Below are positions 1 through 9,068 of a stretch of 24,000 nt of DNA, piece by piece. The stretch is taken from contig CBDFIV010000015.1 in NCBI GenBank assembly GCA_965248225.1, positions 2,845,066-2,869,065 of the forward strand, written 5' to 3'. The notes beneath the pieces were generated by a model. It had not been told where the DNA came from and ran no database searches. It worked only from the letters and a program-made list of their open reading frames with translations. Each line of letters opens with the position of its first letter. Position 1 is the stretch's first letter. This DNA is from Nitrospirales bacterium (lineage in GTDB: Bacteria > Nitrospirota > Nitrospiria > Nitrospirales > UBA8639). Both the position numbers and the translations under genes were made by a program.

Positions 1-114
1 GGGCTTCCACACAAAACAGCGTCTCCATCGTATTGGACAAACGCCAGGCAAGGACTTTGCGGCTCTGCCAATCCATAATCGCCACCAGATAGAGGAACCC
101 GCGCTTGATCGGAA
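1..114 (-). CDS. IS3 OrfB (DDE integrase) 3' exon, partial (continues beyond the window start)
   Basis: Identical to 13705..13818 of copy 2, which encodes ...PIKRGFLYLVAIMDWQSRKVLAWRLSNTME... Confidence 0.8.
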
Positions 115-167
115 GTAGAGTAAGAAGCAGGGCGTAGTCATTCGCTATTTCCCTGCTTCTCCTCCCC

Positions 168-201
168 GAACCATACGTGCGCCTCTCAGCGCATACAGCT
201 C
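168..201 (-). ncRNA. Group II intron domain V (copy 1)
   Basis: Minus strand reads GAGCTGTATGCGCTGAGAGGCGCACGTATGGTTC. This is a 34-nt hairpin matching the conserved domain V pattern (GAGC.GUAUG...GNRA-type loop GAGA...CGUAUGGUUC). Confidence 0.85.
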
Positions 202-1538
202 TCCCCCTCAAGCATGCGTCATAGCCATGGCGACCTCGCGGTATCGTGACGTGAGCGTTTTGCGGTCTGGAGCCGAGTTCAGATAGGGATTCTCCAATGG
301 ATTACGCCATCGGAATTGCTGCTTTCGGCTGGTGACCAGCCGACGCAGGGCAATCCCACACCGAGTCCCATTCCCGCTCCGGCCAAAGAGGTGCCAGGTC
401 TTGGCTTGCCCTTCGCCCGGTCGCTTCACGTATTGCCGCATCAGTGATGTGATCGATGTTTTGTACTTACGAGCCAGCCAATGTGCCAGCTTCCAGAACA
501 CGAGGCGATCCAGATGCTGGTACACCTTGGCGGTGTAATCCGTGTACTGATGGAAGTTGGCCCAGCCAGCAAGTTGCCGGTTCAGCCTTTCCACCATATC
601 GATCTTGTTCACATGGTCGTTGCCGGAGAGTGCCGCGGTCAACTGACGTGCTAGACCTCGGCTCTTCTCCTTGGGAATAGTCGAAACCGGGCGCATCATT
701 CCCCGTGGCCCCCGTTTGCGAATAATCCGGTGCCCCAGGAAGGTGAATCCGTCGTTGACATGTGTGATATGGGTTTTGGCCATATTCAACGTCAGCTTCA
801 GCGTCCCTTCCAGGACCGCTCGGCATTCCTCGCGGATCGCCTCGGCATGATGCTTGTTCCCTTTCACGATGACCACAAAGTCATCGGCATATCGGCAGTA
901 AGCAACAGCCGGTTTCCATTGGCGATTCTCGCGAATCGTAATGGGCCGACCGTGCTGGATGCCAAAATTCCATGCCCAGCGGTCCTTTCGGGCCTTCTGG
1001 CTCAGGTAGTTCGCCTCCAAGTACGCATCAAACTCATGGAGCATGATGTTGGAGAGGAGGGGTGAAAGCACTCCTCCTTGCGGCACACCTTCGCTCGCTG
1101 CCCGGAACAGGCCACGATCAACATGGCCCGCTTTGATGAATCGCCAGAGCAGGGACAGGAATCGCCTGTCCCGGATTCGCTTCCGCACGCTGCGCATCAG
1201 CCGCCGATGGTGCACCGTCTCAAAGTAGCTGGCCAAGTCGCCTTCGACCACCCAGCGGCCTTTGGCCTCGGTACTATCTAGCAGCTGAAACTTCACGGTC
1301 CGTATCGCATGATGCACGCTCCGCTGAGGCCGGAAACCATAGGAGTTGCGATGAAAATCGCTTTCCCAGATTGGCTCCATGGCCATCAACATGGCGCGTT
1401 GCACGAGACGGTCGCGTAGCGTGGGTATTCCCAGGGGTCGTGGCTTGCCGTTGGCCTTCGAAATCAAGACCCGTCGAGCCGGTGCGGGTTGATAGTCACC
1501 GGCCAGGAGTTCCGCGCGAATGCGCGCAAGCTCCTGTG

Positions 1539-1542
1539 CTAG
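1539..1542. repeat. CTAG target-site duplication (left) of the IS5-family insertion
   Basis: The uninterrupted copy reads tgtgCTAGgaccgcc (15243..15246). The interrupted copy has CTAG on both sides of the insert. Because CTAG is a palindrome, the exact duplication length (2-4 bp) is ambiguous. Confidence 0.7.
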
Positions 1543-2348
1543 GGCCTGTTAACACTAATGGGTTCCATTATGGTATACTGCGGCCATGGAACTTACTCAC
1601 TCGCAGTACCAGCTCATTGAATCGGTTTTGCCGCGCCAGCGTGGCAATGTCTCCATGCTCAATCTCCAAGTCCTCAATGCCATATTATATGTGGCTGAAC
1701 AGGGGTGTAAGTGGCGCGGGTTGCCCAAGTCTTTTGGGAATTGGCATACCATCTACACTCGCATGAATCGCTGGGCGAAACGTGGGGTATTGGACCGGGT
1801 CTTTGCCGAGTGGCAACAACAACAAATCATTCGCGTCCACGTTGAGGCCGTCTCGTTGGATAGTACCGCCGTCAAAGTGCACCCCGATGGGACGGGCGCG
1901 CTCAAAAAAACGGGCCGCAAGCCATCGGGAAGTCCCGCGCCGGGTGGACCACCAAGATTCATCTGGTTGCCGCGGATGCTCGGACGGCCGTGAGTTTTGC
2001 CTTATCCCCGGGTCAAGCCGGGGATGCGCCCGAAGGCCGGAAGTTGTTGAAGGCGACCAAGTTGTCTGCGAAGTATGTCATTATGGATCGAGCCTACGAG
2101 GGCGATGAGACACGCCAGACCGTTGTGGATCTGGGCTGCACGCCCGTGGTCCCACCAAAAAAGAACCGGCGCGAACCATGGGAGTACGACAAGCAGCTGT
2201 ATAAGCAACGCAATGAAGTGGAGCGGCTATTCCGTCGACTCAAAGGCTTTCGTCGGGTGTTCTCGCGCTTTGACAAGCTGGACAGTGTTTTCACATTCTT
2301 CATCAACTTTGCGCTGATCATTGATGCATTGAGTAGTGTTAACAGGCC
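1543..2348 (+). mobile_element. IS5-family (IS427-like group) insertion sequence, 806 bp
   Basis: Present in copy 1 and absent from the otherwise identical copy 2. Perfect terminal inverted repeats GGCCTGTTAACACTA (1543..1557 and the reverse complement of 2334..2348). Two overlapping transposase frames. Flanking CTAG. Confidence 0.9.
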
Positions 2349-2352
2349 CTAG
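1586..2352 (+). CDS. IS5/IS427-like DDE transposase, two frames joined by a predicted -1 frameshift at A7 (1904..1910)
   Basis: Frame 1 reads MELTHSQYQLIESVLPRQRGN...VSLDSTAVKVHPDGTGALKK. After a -1 slip it reads NGPQAIGKSRAGWTTKIHLVAADARTAVSFALSPGQAGDAPEG...VIMDRAYEGDE...YKQRNEVERLFRRLKGFRRVFSRFDKL, which carries the IS5-family DDE and Y-R-E-K signature. Confidence 0.85.
1904..1910 (+). promoter_or_regulatory. Putative programmed -1 frameshift site (AAAAAAA)
   Basis: The codons AAA AAA in frame 1 are followed by C. Re-reading from 1909 gives AAC GGG CCG..., which is the conserved downstream transposase frame. Confidence 0.6.
2349..2352. repeat. CTAG target-site duplication (right) of the IS5-family insertion
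   Basis: See 1539..1542. Confidence 0.7.
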
Positions 2353-3207
2353 GACCGCCTCCAGTTTCGATTTGTCCATTCCGTCGATGCCTGGTGACTT
2401 GGCGCCTGAAGACGCCAAGGTCACGCGAGCCGCCTCGGCCAGCCAGACCGGATGAGCAATCAGCCGAATCAGACGGTCGAACTTCCGTTCGTCGTCTGCG
2501 TCCGACCACGTCGCCAGCTTGCGTTGCATTTCGCTGATTCTCAAAGGTCTTCACCTCTCTACGGGCAGCTAATCAACCCCGCAAGGTACTTGAGCTGCTC
2601 CCCTTCGCCCTGTAACAGGCTTTCCCTGTCTCTGACTACTACGGGAGCTCCGCCAACGATGGGGGCCTCAGAGTCGCACTTCCTTGCCATCCCCTCCATC
2701 GCTTTCCCCAGTTCACATGTATGGACTCACGCATGCGGGGGAGGGTGCCGATCGCAGTCTTTATCCTTGCTTGCCGCAAGTCGTCACAGACGCCGCGTGC
2801 TAGCTACGCACTCCACTCGGCTGGATGGCGGCACGGCTACATCTCGCCTCGCCACCCGATAGCAGCCCATACATCTGTCTGCTCTCTGTCCGTGAACCTC
2901 CTGGTAAGTCGTGTAGGAGATGGTGACATTTCAACCCACAGACGCGCATCAACCGGTTCGTGTTCCTCAACCTTCCCACACTTAGCCTAGAGACGCATCT
3001 TGGCGTAACGACTTCGCCTCACGTCCCGTTTCCCACGGGCTTCGTCACCCTGCCAGTGCACAGCAGGCCACCGCCGCTTCGGCTCTCACTCTTCCGTAGC
3101 GAAGAGCGGGTATCGGACTGATCCTTCCTATGATTCGTCCGACTACATTCCACACATGTTCGCGCTTCGGTGATGTCGTCCATGACATGTCCGAAGGCTG
3201 GGCGCAC

Positions 3208-3619
3208 GATACGTGATGTCGGTGCACCACACCTGATTCGCTCGTGTGACCGCCAGATTCCGCAACAGATACGGATAAATCCGATGCTGCAGGTGAGGCT
3301 GACTGGTGCGCGGTTCCTGATAAATCGCGTGCAAGCCCATCAAGCGGCGTACTCGGTGCCGCCCCACGTTCTGCCCCTGTCGTCGCAACCAGCGGGCCAT
3401 CTGACAGCTGCCGTAATAAGGCGTGGCTAAAAACTGTTCATCGATCAATTGCATCAGCTTGAGGTTCAGCGGGGTTGCCCCTTTTGGCTCATAATACCAG
3501 CCAGAGCGGCTGATGGAGAGCAACTGACATTGCGTCGTGATGCTGAGTTGCTTGTTGGCTGGCTCGACCATTTCGTGCCGCCTCCTCACCCCAAGCGGTT
3601 GGAGGCATCGACTAAAAAA
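3208..3619 (-). CDS. IS3 OrfB 5' exon (copy 1), entered by -1 frameshift from OrfA
   Basis: Identical to 16102..16513. Encodes ...EPANKQLSITTQCQLLSISRSGWYYEPKG...LRNLAVTRANQVWCTDITY, then the intron 5' splice site. Confidence 0.8.
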
Positions 3620-3881
3620 TCCCGTTCCACACTCAGTTGGCCAATTTTGGCGTGCAGCTCATGGATGTGCGCCGCTTGCTCGGTGTGGCTCTTCTCATGC
3701 TTTCCGGAAAAACCCGCCTCCATTGAGGCGAGGGCTTCACGTTTCCACCGATGAATGACGGTGGCATGCACACGCCATATTTTATCGCTAGCTCCGAGAT
3801 CGGCGCGTCTTCCCTGAGCGCAGACACCGCGACTTTCGCCTTGAAATTCGCAGGATGATTCTTTCGAGTTCGACTCATCAT
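3586..3881 (-). CDS. IS3 OrfA (HTH plus leucine-zipper part), copy 1. The reading frame is broken by an apparent 2-nt insertion.
   Basis: The HTH part MMSRTRKNHPANFKAKVAVSALREDAPISELAIKYGV is in one frame. The rest, HATVIHRWKREALASMEAGFSGKHEK...LHAKIGQLSVERDFL, is in another. The switch occurs at GGCGTGTGCATGCC (3768..3774 region). Confidence 0.7.
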
Positions 3882-4584
3882 TCATGACCCTCCTTTGGTC
3901 ACAAATTGTAGCTTAATGCCCTGTCCGAATTCCTAGGACCAGCTCTCTGGCTGGCCACTGGGGCGGGCGCTTGGATCTCGCCGCAGACCTTATTTGAGTC
4001 CTTCGACAAGGCTCACGATAGACTACGAAGTTTGGTTCTCCATAATTAATGCGCCTTTTTTTGTTTGAACGCTCTACCCTGGCCTGGTGTTGGGGCCGAG
4101 TAGTGCAGCCAACGCCGGAGAAAAGGCACGCATTGCTTGGGCTAGCAAGTTTGCGCGACGCCGGTGTTGGCGAACCGCACAGGAGACCCGAAGGGCCACA
4201 CCAAGGCCAAGATGGGTTTGGCCACCTTGACCAAAACCAAAGTGGCTCGGCTGCCGGGACAAACCCTGGCATTTGAATTCCTTGAATTCAAGTAGTAAGT
4301 GCAAAAACTTCTCCACCAGCGGGGTTTAGCTCCTTTGGTTAATTCCAACTGCATTGGAGGGTGCACGAAGACTAAAAGGCAAGTCGGGCCCACCAGACGC
4401 CATTGGATCAGACGCCAGTCAAGCTTGCTAAACGTTTTGCAGGGATTCAGAATATCAAGGGGTTGGAAGCCACCAGTGCGTTCACTCTAAAAGTGGTCGA
4501 GAGTCAAGGGACCGGTCACAATTAATCCATTAAGCTCATTTCATTTTTACTTTCTGTCGGAAATAAACAGAGAAGAACATAGCC

Positions 4585-6282
4585 TCACCTTACAAATTCG
4601 TTAGTGTCCGGAACGGGATAATTCAAACTTAAGAATTTTTCCTTTGTATTTCCCTCTAAATAGACAAATGCTTCGGTGCCTGAACCATCACCAATCTCGG
4701 CAGACCATCCCATTTCAGATATTACCTCCGTTAATAAATCCTCTAGGGGACGCAACGAAGTACCATAACTTGCTTTCATGCCTGGAATCTTTACAGCAAA
4801 AAGAGTGGAGTAAGAATCAGTTATATCCTGTGTCATCAGTTTTTTTGAATTCCAAGTCTTCGGTAGGGTCCTGACAATCCTTGATCCATGATCCCCATGG
4901 AGGATAATAATTGAATCCTGAAAAATACCCGCCGCTTCCATACGCTGAAAAATTGCATCTAACCTGGTGTAAAGGCATATTGTTTGCTCAAAATAGCTTT
5001 GGTAGGCCTCTTCTCTTGATGCAGCTGTGTTAGGAACAGGATCGGAAAGATAGTGCCAGTCGGCTCTCCGGGATGGCTTCCAGTCATGAATCGGAACCTT
5101 TATCGAACAGTCACCACGAGCCAGAAATGGCGCGTGGGGAAATAATAAATGCACAAACAAAACATTTCCCTTTGGCAATAATAGAACACTCTTCTCAAGC
5201 ACCTTAAGCATATTGATATGTGTGATTGGGTTTCCATCCATGTGGAACTCCCAAGACAATGCTTCTCCCAGCACTCCAAACCCACCTAGCTTGGGTTGTA
5301 TCATTCGATACAGATTTCGAACCTTTTCGTAGATAGAAGAAAGTCTAGAGTAGTCAGTGAAAATTACTCGAAGTTTGTCTGAAATTGGAATATCGAGTTT
5401 TTCTATGTGCCAAAGACTCAATGGGGGTAGCTTTTGGCAATTATCCAGCGTGACCGGACTATTTAAACAGTAATCAAGAACGCCATGTAGTCCGATAACA
5501 TTTAGGTTATAGCCAGTCTTTGATAACACCTCAAAATATCGATTACGGTGCAATTTATATGGCTCTGCTTCCCCCAAAAGAAACTTCTTCCCCGAACCGG
5601 CAGAAGAAAAATTGAATAAATTTGGAATAGAATTCGCGGTAGAAAAATAGTGGCTGAACGCTCCTCCATGTGTTCGGAATCCATATTTTTGGTAGAATTG
5701 AATGAGGTGCTTCTTTAACTCCTTTCCACCAAGAATATCCTGGGGTATTCCTTCAAGACCAATGTGAGCGTCAAACACAAAATGGATAATCCGCGGGAGC
5801 CCTCTAGTGCCCTCCCTTGGGGCATGTTGAAAAACAGAAAACTCTTTCGCTCCTTGAGCCAAGAACAATTCACCAATTGTGACGAAAAAAAATGTCAAGA
5901 AAACGACCGTTGCGATAGGATAAAACTTCTCTCGACTTATCCAGAAAATCGTCAAAAGAATCAAAAAAGTTGCCAAAATGATTACTTTACTCTTCTCGTT
6001 CATCCACTCAAACTGGATATCTAGAAATAGAGTAAGCAACCCGGCAACCACAATGCCATGCATTAGAAGCCCCCCGACCCTTGCTATAACGACACACACC
6101 AAAGCCACACCAATTATTCCTAGCACAGCAATAAAAATTTCAGGGGTCGTGATGCGATAGGAATTGTGGGAAAGAAAATTTAGAAAGGGAGTAGTCAGGA
6201 TGAGGAATACGAAAAGGAGGATATTCGGCCACTTAACATAAGAGAGAGTATTTCGGTATTTGGTGTCCTCCTTTTTAGCCAT
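4585..6282 (-). CDS. Membrane-anchored sulfatase / alkaline-phosphatase-superfamily enzyme (LTA-synthase or phosphoethanolamine-transferase-like)
   Basis: 565-aa ORF. The N-terminal ~150 aa form several hydrophobic helices. The C-terminal domain has sulfatase-like motifs (IIHFVFDAHIGLEG near its start; IIILHGDHGSR). Confidence 0.7.
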   Translation of the reverse strand: MAKKEDTKYRNTLSYVKWPNILLFVFLILTTPFLNFLSHNSYRITTPEIFIAVLGIIGVALVCVVIARVGGLLMHGIVVAGLLTLFLDIQFEWMNEKSKVIILATFLILLTIFWISREKFYPIATVVFLTFFFVTIGELFLAQGAKEFSVFQHAPREGTRGLPRIIHFVFDAHIGLEGIPQDILGGKELKKHLIQFYQKYGFRTHGGAFSHYFSTANSIPNLFNFSSAGSGKKFLLGEAEPYKLHRNRYFEVLSKTGYNLNVIGLHGVLDYCLNSPVTLDNCQKLPPLSLWHIEKLDIPISDKLRVIFTDYSRLSSIYEKVRNLYRMIQPKLGGFGVLGEALSWEFHMDGNPITHINMLKVLEKSVLLLPKGNVLFVHLLFPHAPFLARGDCSIKVPIHDWKPSRRADWHYLSDPVPNTAASREEAYQSYFEQTICLYTRLDAIFQRMEAAGIFQDSIIILHGDHGSRIVRTLPKTWNSKKLMTQDITDSYSTLFAVKIPGMKASYGTSLRPLEDLLTEVISEMGWSAEIGDGSGTEAFVYLEGNTKEKFLSLNYPVPDTNEFVR

Positions 6283-6311
6283 TATTCAGATTTGTGGATC
6301 ATCTTAACCCT

Positions 6312-7712
6312 TCACAATCTAGTATAGTCGATCAATAGTCTTCCACTTTTAGACACGATTTCCTTCTTAACGATAGTCGCTTGTTTCGAAATAGCATCTA
6401 AGAAATAGGCTTCTGTGTAATCCGGGAAGATATCTTCACGTAATCTGAGAAGATTTTTGACCATGGGGTCCTGCTTGGGCACAAATTCAATGACACCCGC
6501 AGGTGCCAAACCCACAATCCACTGGACTAATTGGTCTAATGGGATATTACGTGCAATAGCTAAATGGTGAATAAAGGCAAGGGCCAAAACTCCGTCCGCT
6601 GCAGCTCGAGCCTGGAGACCTTCTCGCTCCTGTTCCCTCCAACCTTGATTAGGTGGCGGATTGGCCGCATCCAAGTAAAGTGCCTGAAAAGACAAGTTGT
6701 TTTCACGTGCCCGATGAAAGCCCACGTCTAACGCTCCTTGATCAAAATCAAACCCAACCACATATTTTGCTCCACCCGCCAACGCCGCTGATGAATATTC
6801 CCCAACATTACACCCCAAATCCCAAACCAACCTGGGCTGTATTCTGTTGGCAAAATCTGACACAAACCGTTTCTTCTGTTCAGTCTCGTGAGAAGTATAA
6901 CTATGTGTTTTTGCATAGTCTTGCCATATAGTTTTTCCTGTGTCGGCCGGTTCAAGCTTGGCTATCCATGAATGAAGCTTTTGAAGCATTCGCTGAAAGG
7001 ATAAAAGGGGTAATGCGGAGGTAGGTAGTTGACCTTTCTCAATGCCCACGTCCTTATTTTGAGCAGTTTTCTGAAAAATGGACGGCATCACCACATGCAA
7101 CAAGGCATTCCAATTACACTTATGCCGCCATTTCAAGAGCCGGCTGAGATCACTGCCCATGATCCCTTCTTGGGTACCGCGATACCATGCGTTGTGAGCA
7201 ATGCCAAGAAAAGCACGCAGTAACAATGGGTTTAGGAATTGCTCACAAAACTGACGATGCCCCACCCACAACTCTCCATTTTGATATGGACGAAATGATA
7301 GGTGATCAATAAAAATTGGATTAGCTCCTTGAAATTGTACGTTATAGGCTGAAGAATCGGAAAGCGTCACTCCATGCTCTAAGGCAGTTAAATGGATTTC
7401 TAAATGCAATAATGCAGCAGCTTTGAGAGCAGAGAATGACCATTCGTATGGAAAAGAAACAAACTGCAATCTTGGAATTTCAAGAACATATCTTGCTTTG
7501 GCACCAACGAATTGAAGCACCTCTTTATCAACTTGGATTGCTGGAAGTAGGAGCCCCTCTTTGACAAGCTTATCTGGTAGCCCAGTAGCATTGACGATAT
7601 CAAAATCATCGGCAAAATAATCTGTGACTGTTCGAAAAATTCGATCACCGACTCGATACACACGACCAGCTGGATCGCGAAAGGACCCAGATTCCGCTGA
7701 AATGTTATTCAT
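6312..7712 (-). CDS. Class I SAM-dependent methyltransferase with a long N-terminal domain of unknown function
   Basis: 466-aa ORF. Motif I is LVWDLGCNVGEYS, followed by VVGFDFD. The N-terminus starts GSFRDPAGRVYRVGDRIFRTV. A 29-nt gap separates it from the downstream sulfatase-like gene. Confidence 0.75.
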   Translation of the reverse strand: MNNISAESGSFRDPAGRVYRVGDRIFRTVTDYFADDFDIVNATGLPDKLVKEGLLLPAIQVDKEVLQFVGAKARYVLEIPRLQFVSFPYEWSFSALKAAALLHLEIHLTALEHGVTLSDSSAYNVQFQGANPIFIDHLSFRPYQNGELWVGHRQFCEQFLNPLLLRAFLGIAHNAWYRGTQEGIMGSDLSRLLKWRHKCNWNALLHVVMPSIFQKTAQNKDVGIEKGQLPTSALPLLSFQRMLQKLHSWIAKLEPADTGKTIWQDYAKTHSYTSHETEQKKRFVSDFANRIQPRLVWDLGCNVGEYSSAALAGGAKYVVGFDFDQGALDVGFHRARENNLSFQALYLDAANPPPNQGWREQEREGLQARAAADGVLALAFIHHLAIARNIPLDQLVQWIVGLAPAGVIEFVPKQDPMVKNLLRLREDIFPDYTEAYFLDAISKQATIVKKEIVSKSGRLLIDYTRL

Positions 7713-7748
7713 ACCGTATCTAAAATGTGAAAGAGGATGAAGAAGCAG

Positions 7749-7943
7749 TTATTTACGGGTAAAAAAATCTTTGATCCGTTCCCAATACAATTTCACCACC
7801 ACCACCACCCCTGCCACTCCACCCAATAATAACTGGAGGAGCATACTTCCGGTTCCCGGATCAAGGTAGGCAAATGCTTCATGAGATAAATCGAAAGACA
7901 AGAAGAAGAAGGCAAAGAATACGATGCCTGTTGTTCCCCGCAT
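7749..7943 (-). CDS. Small (64 aa) two-helix membrane protein with an AYLDPGTGS motif
   Basis: The ATG at 7943 is preceded by AGGAGG (minus strand ctttAGGAGGtatcagataATG). There is an N-terminal hydrophobic segment, then LDPGTGSMLLQLLLGGVAGVVVVV and a basic tail. A 36-nt gap separates it from the methyltransferase gene. Confidence 0.6.
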   Translation of the reverse strand: MRGTTGIVFFAFFFLSFDLSHEAFAYLDPGTGSMLLQLLLGGVAGVVVVVKLYWERIKDFFTRK

Positions 7944-9068
7944 TATCTGATACCTCCTAAAGAAAAAAACACATCTAAATAGAGCTGCAAAGACCTAGAC
8001 TAAGACTCGAGACTTCAAGCTTTTGACAGACACAGACCATTTAGTACTGATCAGAGCTATAAGCAAAGGTTTTCTTTGTGAACAATGCTTACCTTCTCGA
8101 CGAAATGTCCCGCGTCTTGAAACTATCCGCTGAAAAATATCTTAGGCTTCCTGTGGCACTTCCTCTCTAATGCGGCTTTTCACTCTCCAAGTCACCACTT
8201 GCAACAGCTCATTCACGTATAGATACCTAATTGCTTAAGTAAGACTAACTTGCTATTTCGAGGGAGGCCTTATACGTTATTGCAATCGAAGCTTTGTGTC
8301 CACTCCCCATCCATATTTTTTTAGTAAATGTGGTGAAGGCCAAACAATTGCTAGTGCTTGGCAACACCTAGGCCTTAATCCTCCCCCAGACACCCACCAA
8401 GAGCGAATCGACCAAATCAATGGTTTTGGCCTGATAAAGTCAAAGCTTTTATTGGAAACTACCAGAAGATCTCCTGGGTAACCATGCAGCCTCACCTGAG
8501 CCCGCTCACGGCCTATTTTTTTATTGAGGTCTATTTCTATTGGCGACTGCTTTCAAGATAAAGATACATGTTGGCTGTAAAGTGTCGGAAAATTTTTCGA
8601 TAATAAATTTTCCACTAGTGTCATTAGTATAAACTTTGAGGTAATTATTCTTTAAACAATGCTTGAATATTCTATAATTTAAATGATTTTTGTATAATTC
8701 ATCAAATTAATTACCGATACATCAATTAATATAGCATTTAGCATAGAACTTGCTTGATTCACGTATAAGTAGTGGCGCATGAGTTTTTCACATAATACTT
8801 AGGAAGTTATTTACTTATTTTTACTCCAATTCAGGAACCAGAAACCTGTAGTATTGTTCGACAATTCAGTCCCTGGCATAAAGCCTGGAGCCTTCTGAAT
8901 TTTGAAAAATGCAAATCCCAAGAGGATCGAGTCTATCCTTTTCTAAAATCTAACAATATTAATAATAAATAGTTATTAATGGATATTGTATAAACTTTTG
9001 TAAACTATTATTATAACTTCAAGCTGAAGGGCTAGGTCCTGCGTTGAGGGAAGAGAGAAACATTAACA

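Larger units (their letters stand above)
208..2544 (-). pseudogene. Group II intron reverse transcriptase/maturase, disrupted by IS insertion
   Basis: The N-terminal 64 codons (MRISEMQRKLATWS...KLEAVL, 2544..2353) and the remainder (from AQELARIR..., 1542..208) are identical to the intact 508-aa ORF at 13912..15438. They are separated by the 806-bp IS at 1543..2348. Confidence 0.9.
115..3207 (-). mobile_element. Group II intron, copy 1, interrupted by an IS insertion in the domain IV ORF
   Basis: Same ends as copy 2: minus strand starts GTGCGCCCAGCC at 3207 and ends ...CTTACTCTAC at 115. Length is 3093 nt, which equals 2283 plus the 810-nt insertion with its duplication. Confidence 0.9.
1..3946 (-). 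mobile_element. IS3-family insertion sequence, copy 1 (3' part runs off the window start). It carries a group II intron that itself carries an IS5-family element.
   Basis: Bases 1-1542 and 2353-3946 repeat 13705-15246 and 15247-16840 (offsets +13704 and +12894). All shared six-frame ORF translations are identical. The only difference I saw is a (3935) versus g (16829). OrfA/OrfB transposase frames are present. The terminal inverted repeat, read on the minus strand, is AGAGCTGGTCCTAGG and ends at 3946; the two copies diverge immediately beyond it. Confidence 0.9.

Noticed and set aside
4049-4393. ORFs of 75-119 aa in the GC-rich segment next to IS3 copy 1
   Set aside because: They overlap on both strands and have low-complexity Arg/Pro/Trp-rich translations with no start context. 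See the finding on 3947..4584.
4386-4395. GGGCCCACCA resembling a tRNA or tmRNA 3' end, which might mark an island att site
   Set aside because: No T-arm/T-loop (GTTCRANYC) or acceptor-stem complement can be found upstream, so there is no cloverleaf.
8277-8495. Overlapping 72-aa (minus) and 61-aa (plus) ORFs in the divergent intergenic region
   Set aside because: They are mutually exclusive, have no ribosome-binding site or recognisable motif, and have atypical composition. I treat them as non-coding.
8874-8889. Sigma-54-like promoter TGGCATAAAGCCTGGA upstream of the repeat-protein gene
   Set aside because: The -24 GG is present, but the -12 position reads CTGG instead of TTGC at the required spacing. 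It is too weak to call.
8627-8998. 11-mer GTATAAACTTT repeated at 8627..8637 and 8988..8998
   Set aside because: A single short match in very AT-rich DNA is plausible by chance, and there is no extended flanking similarity.
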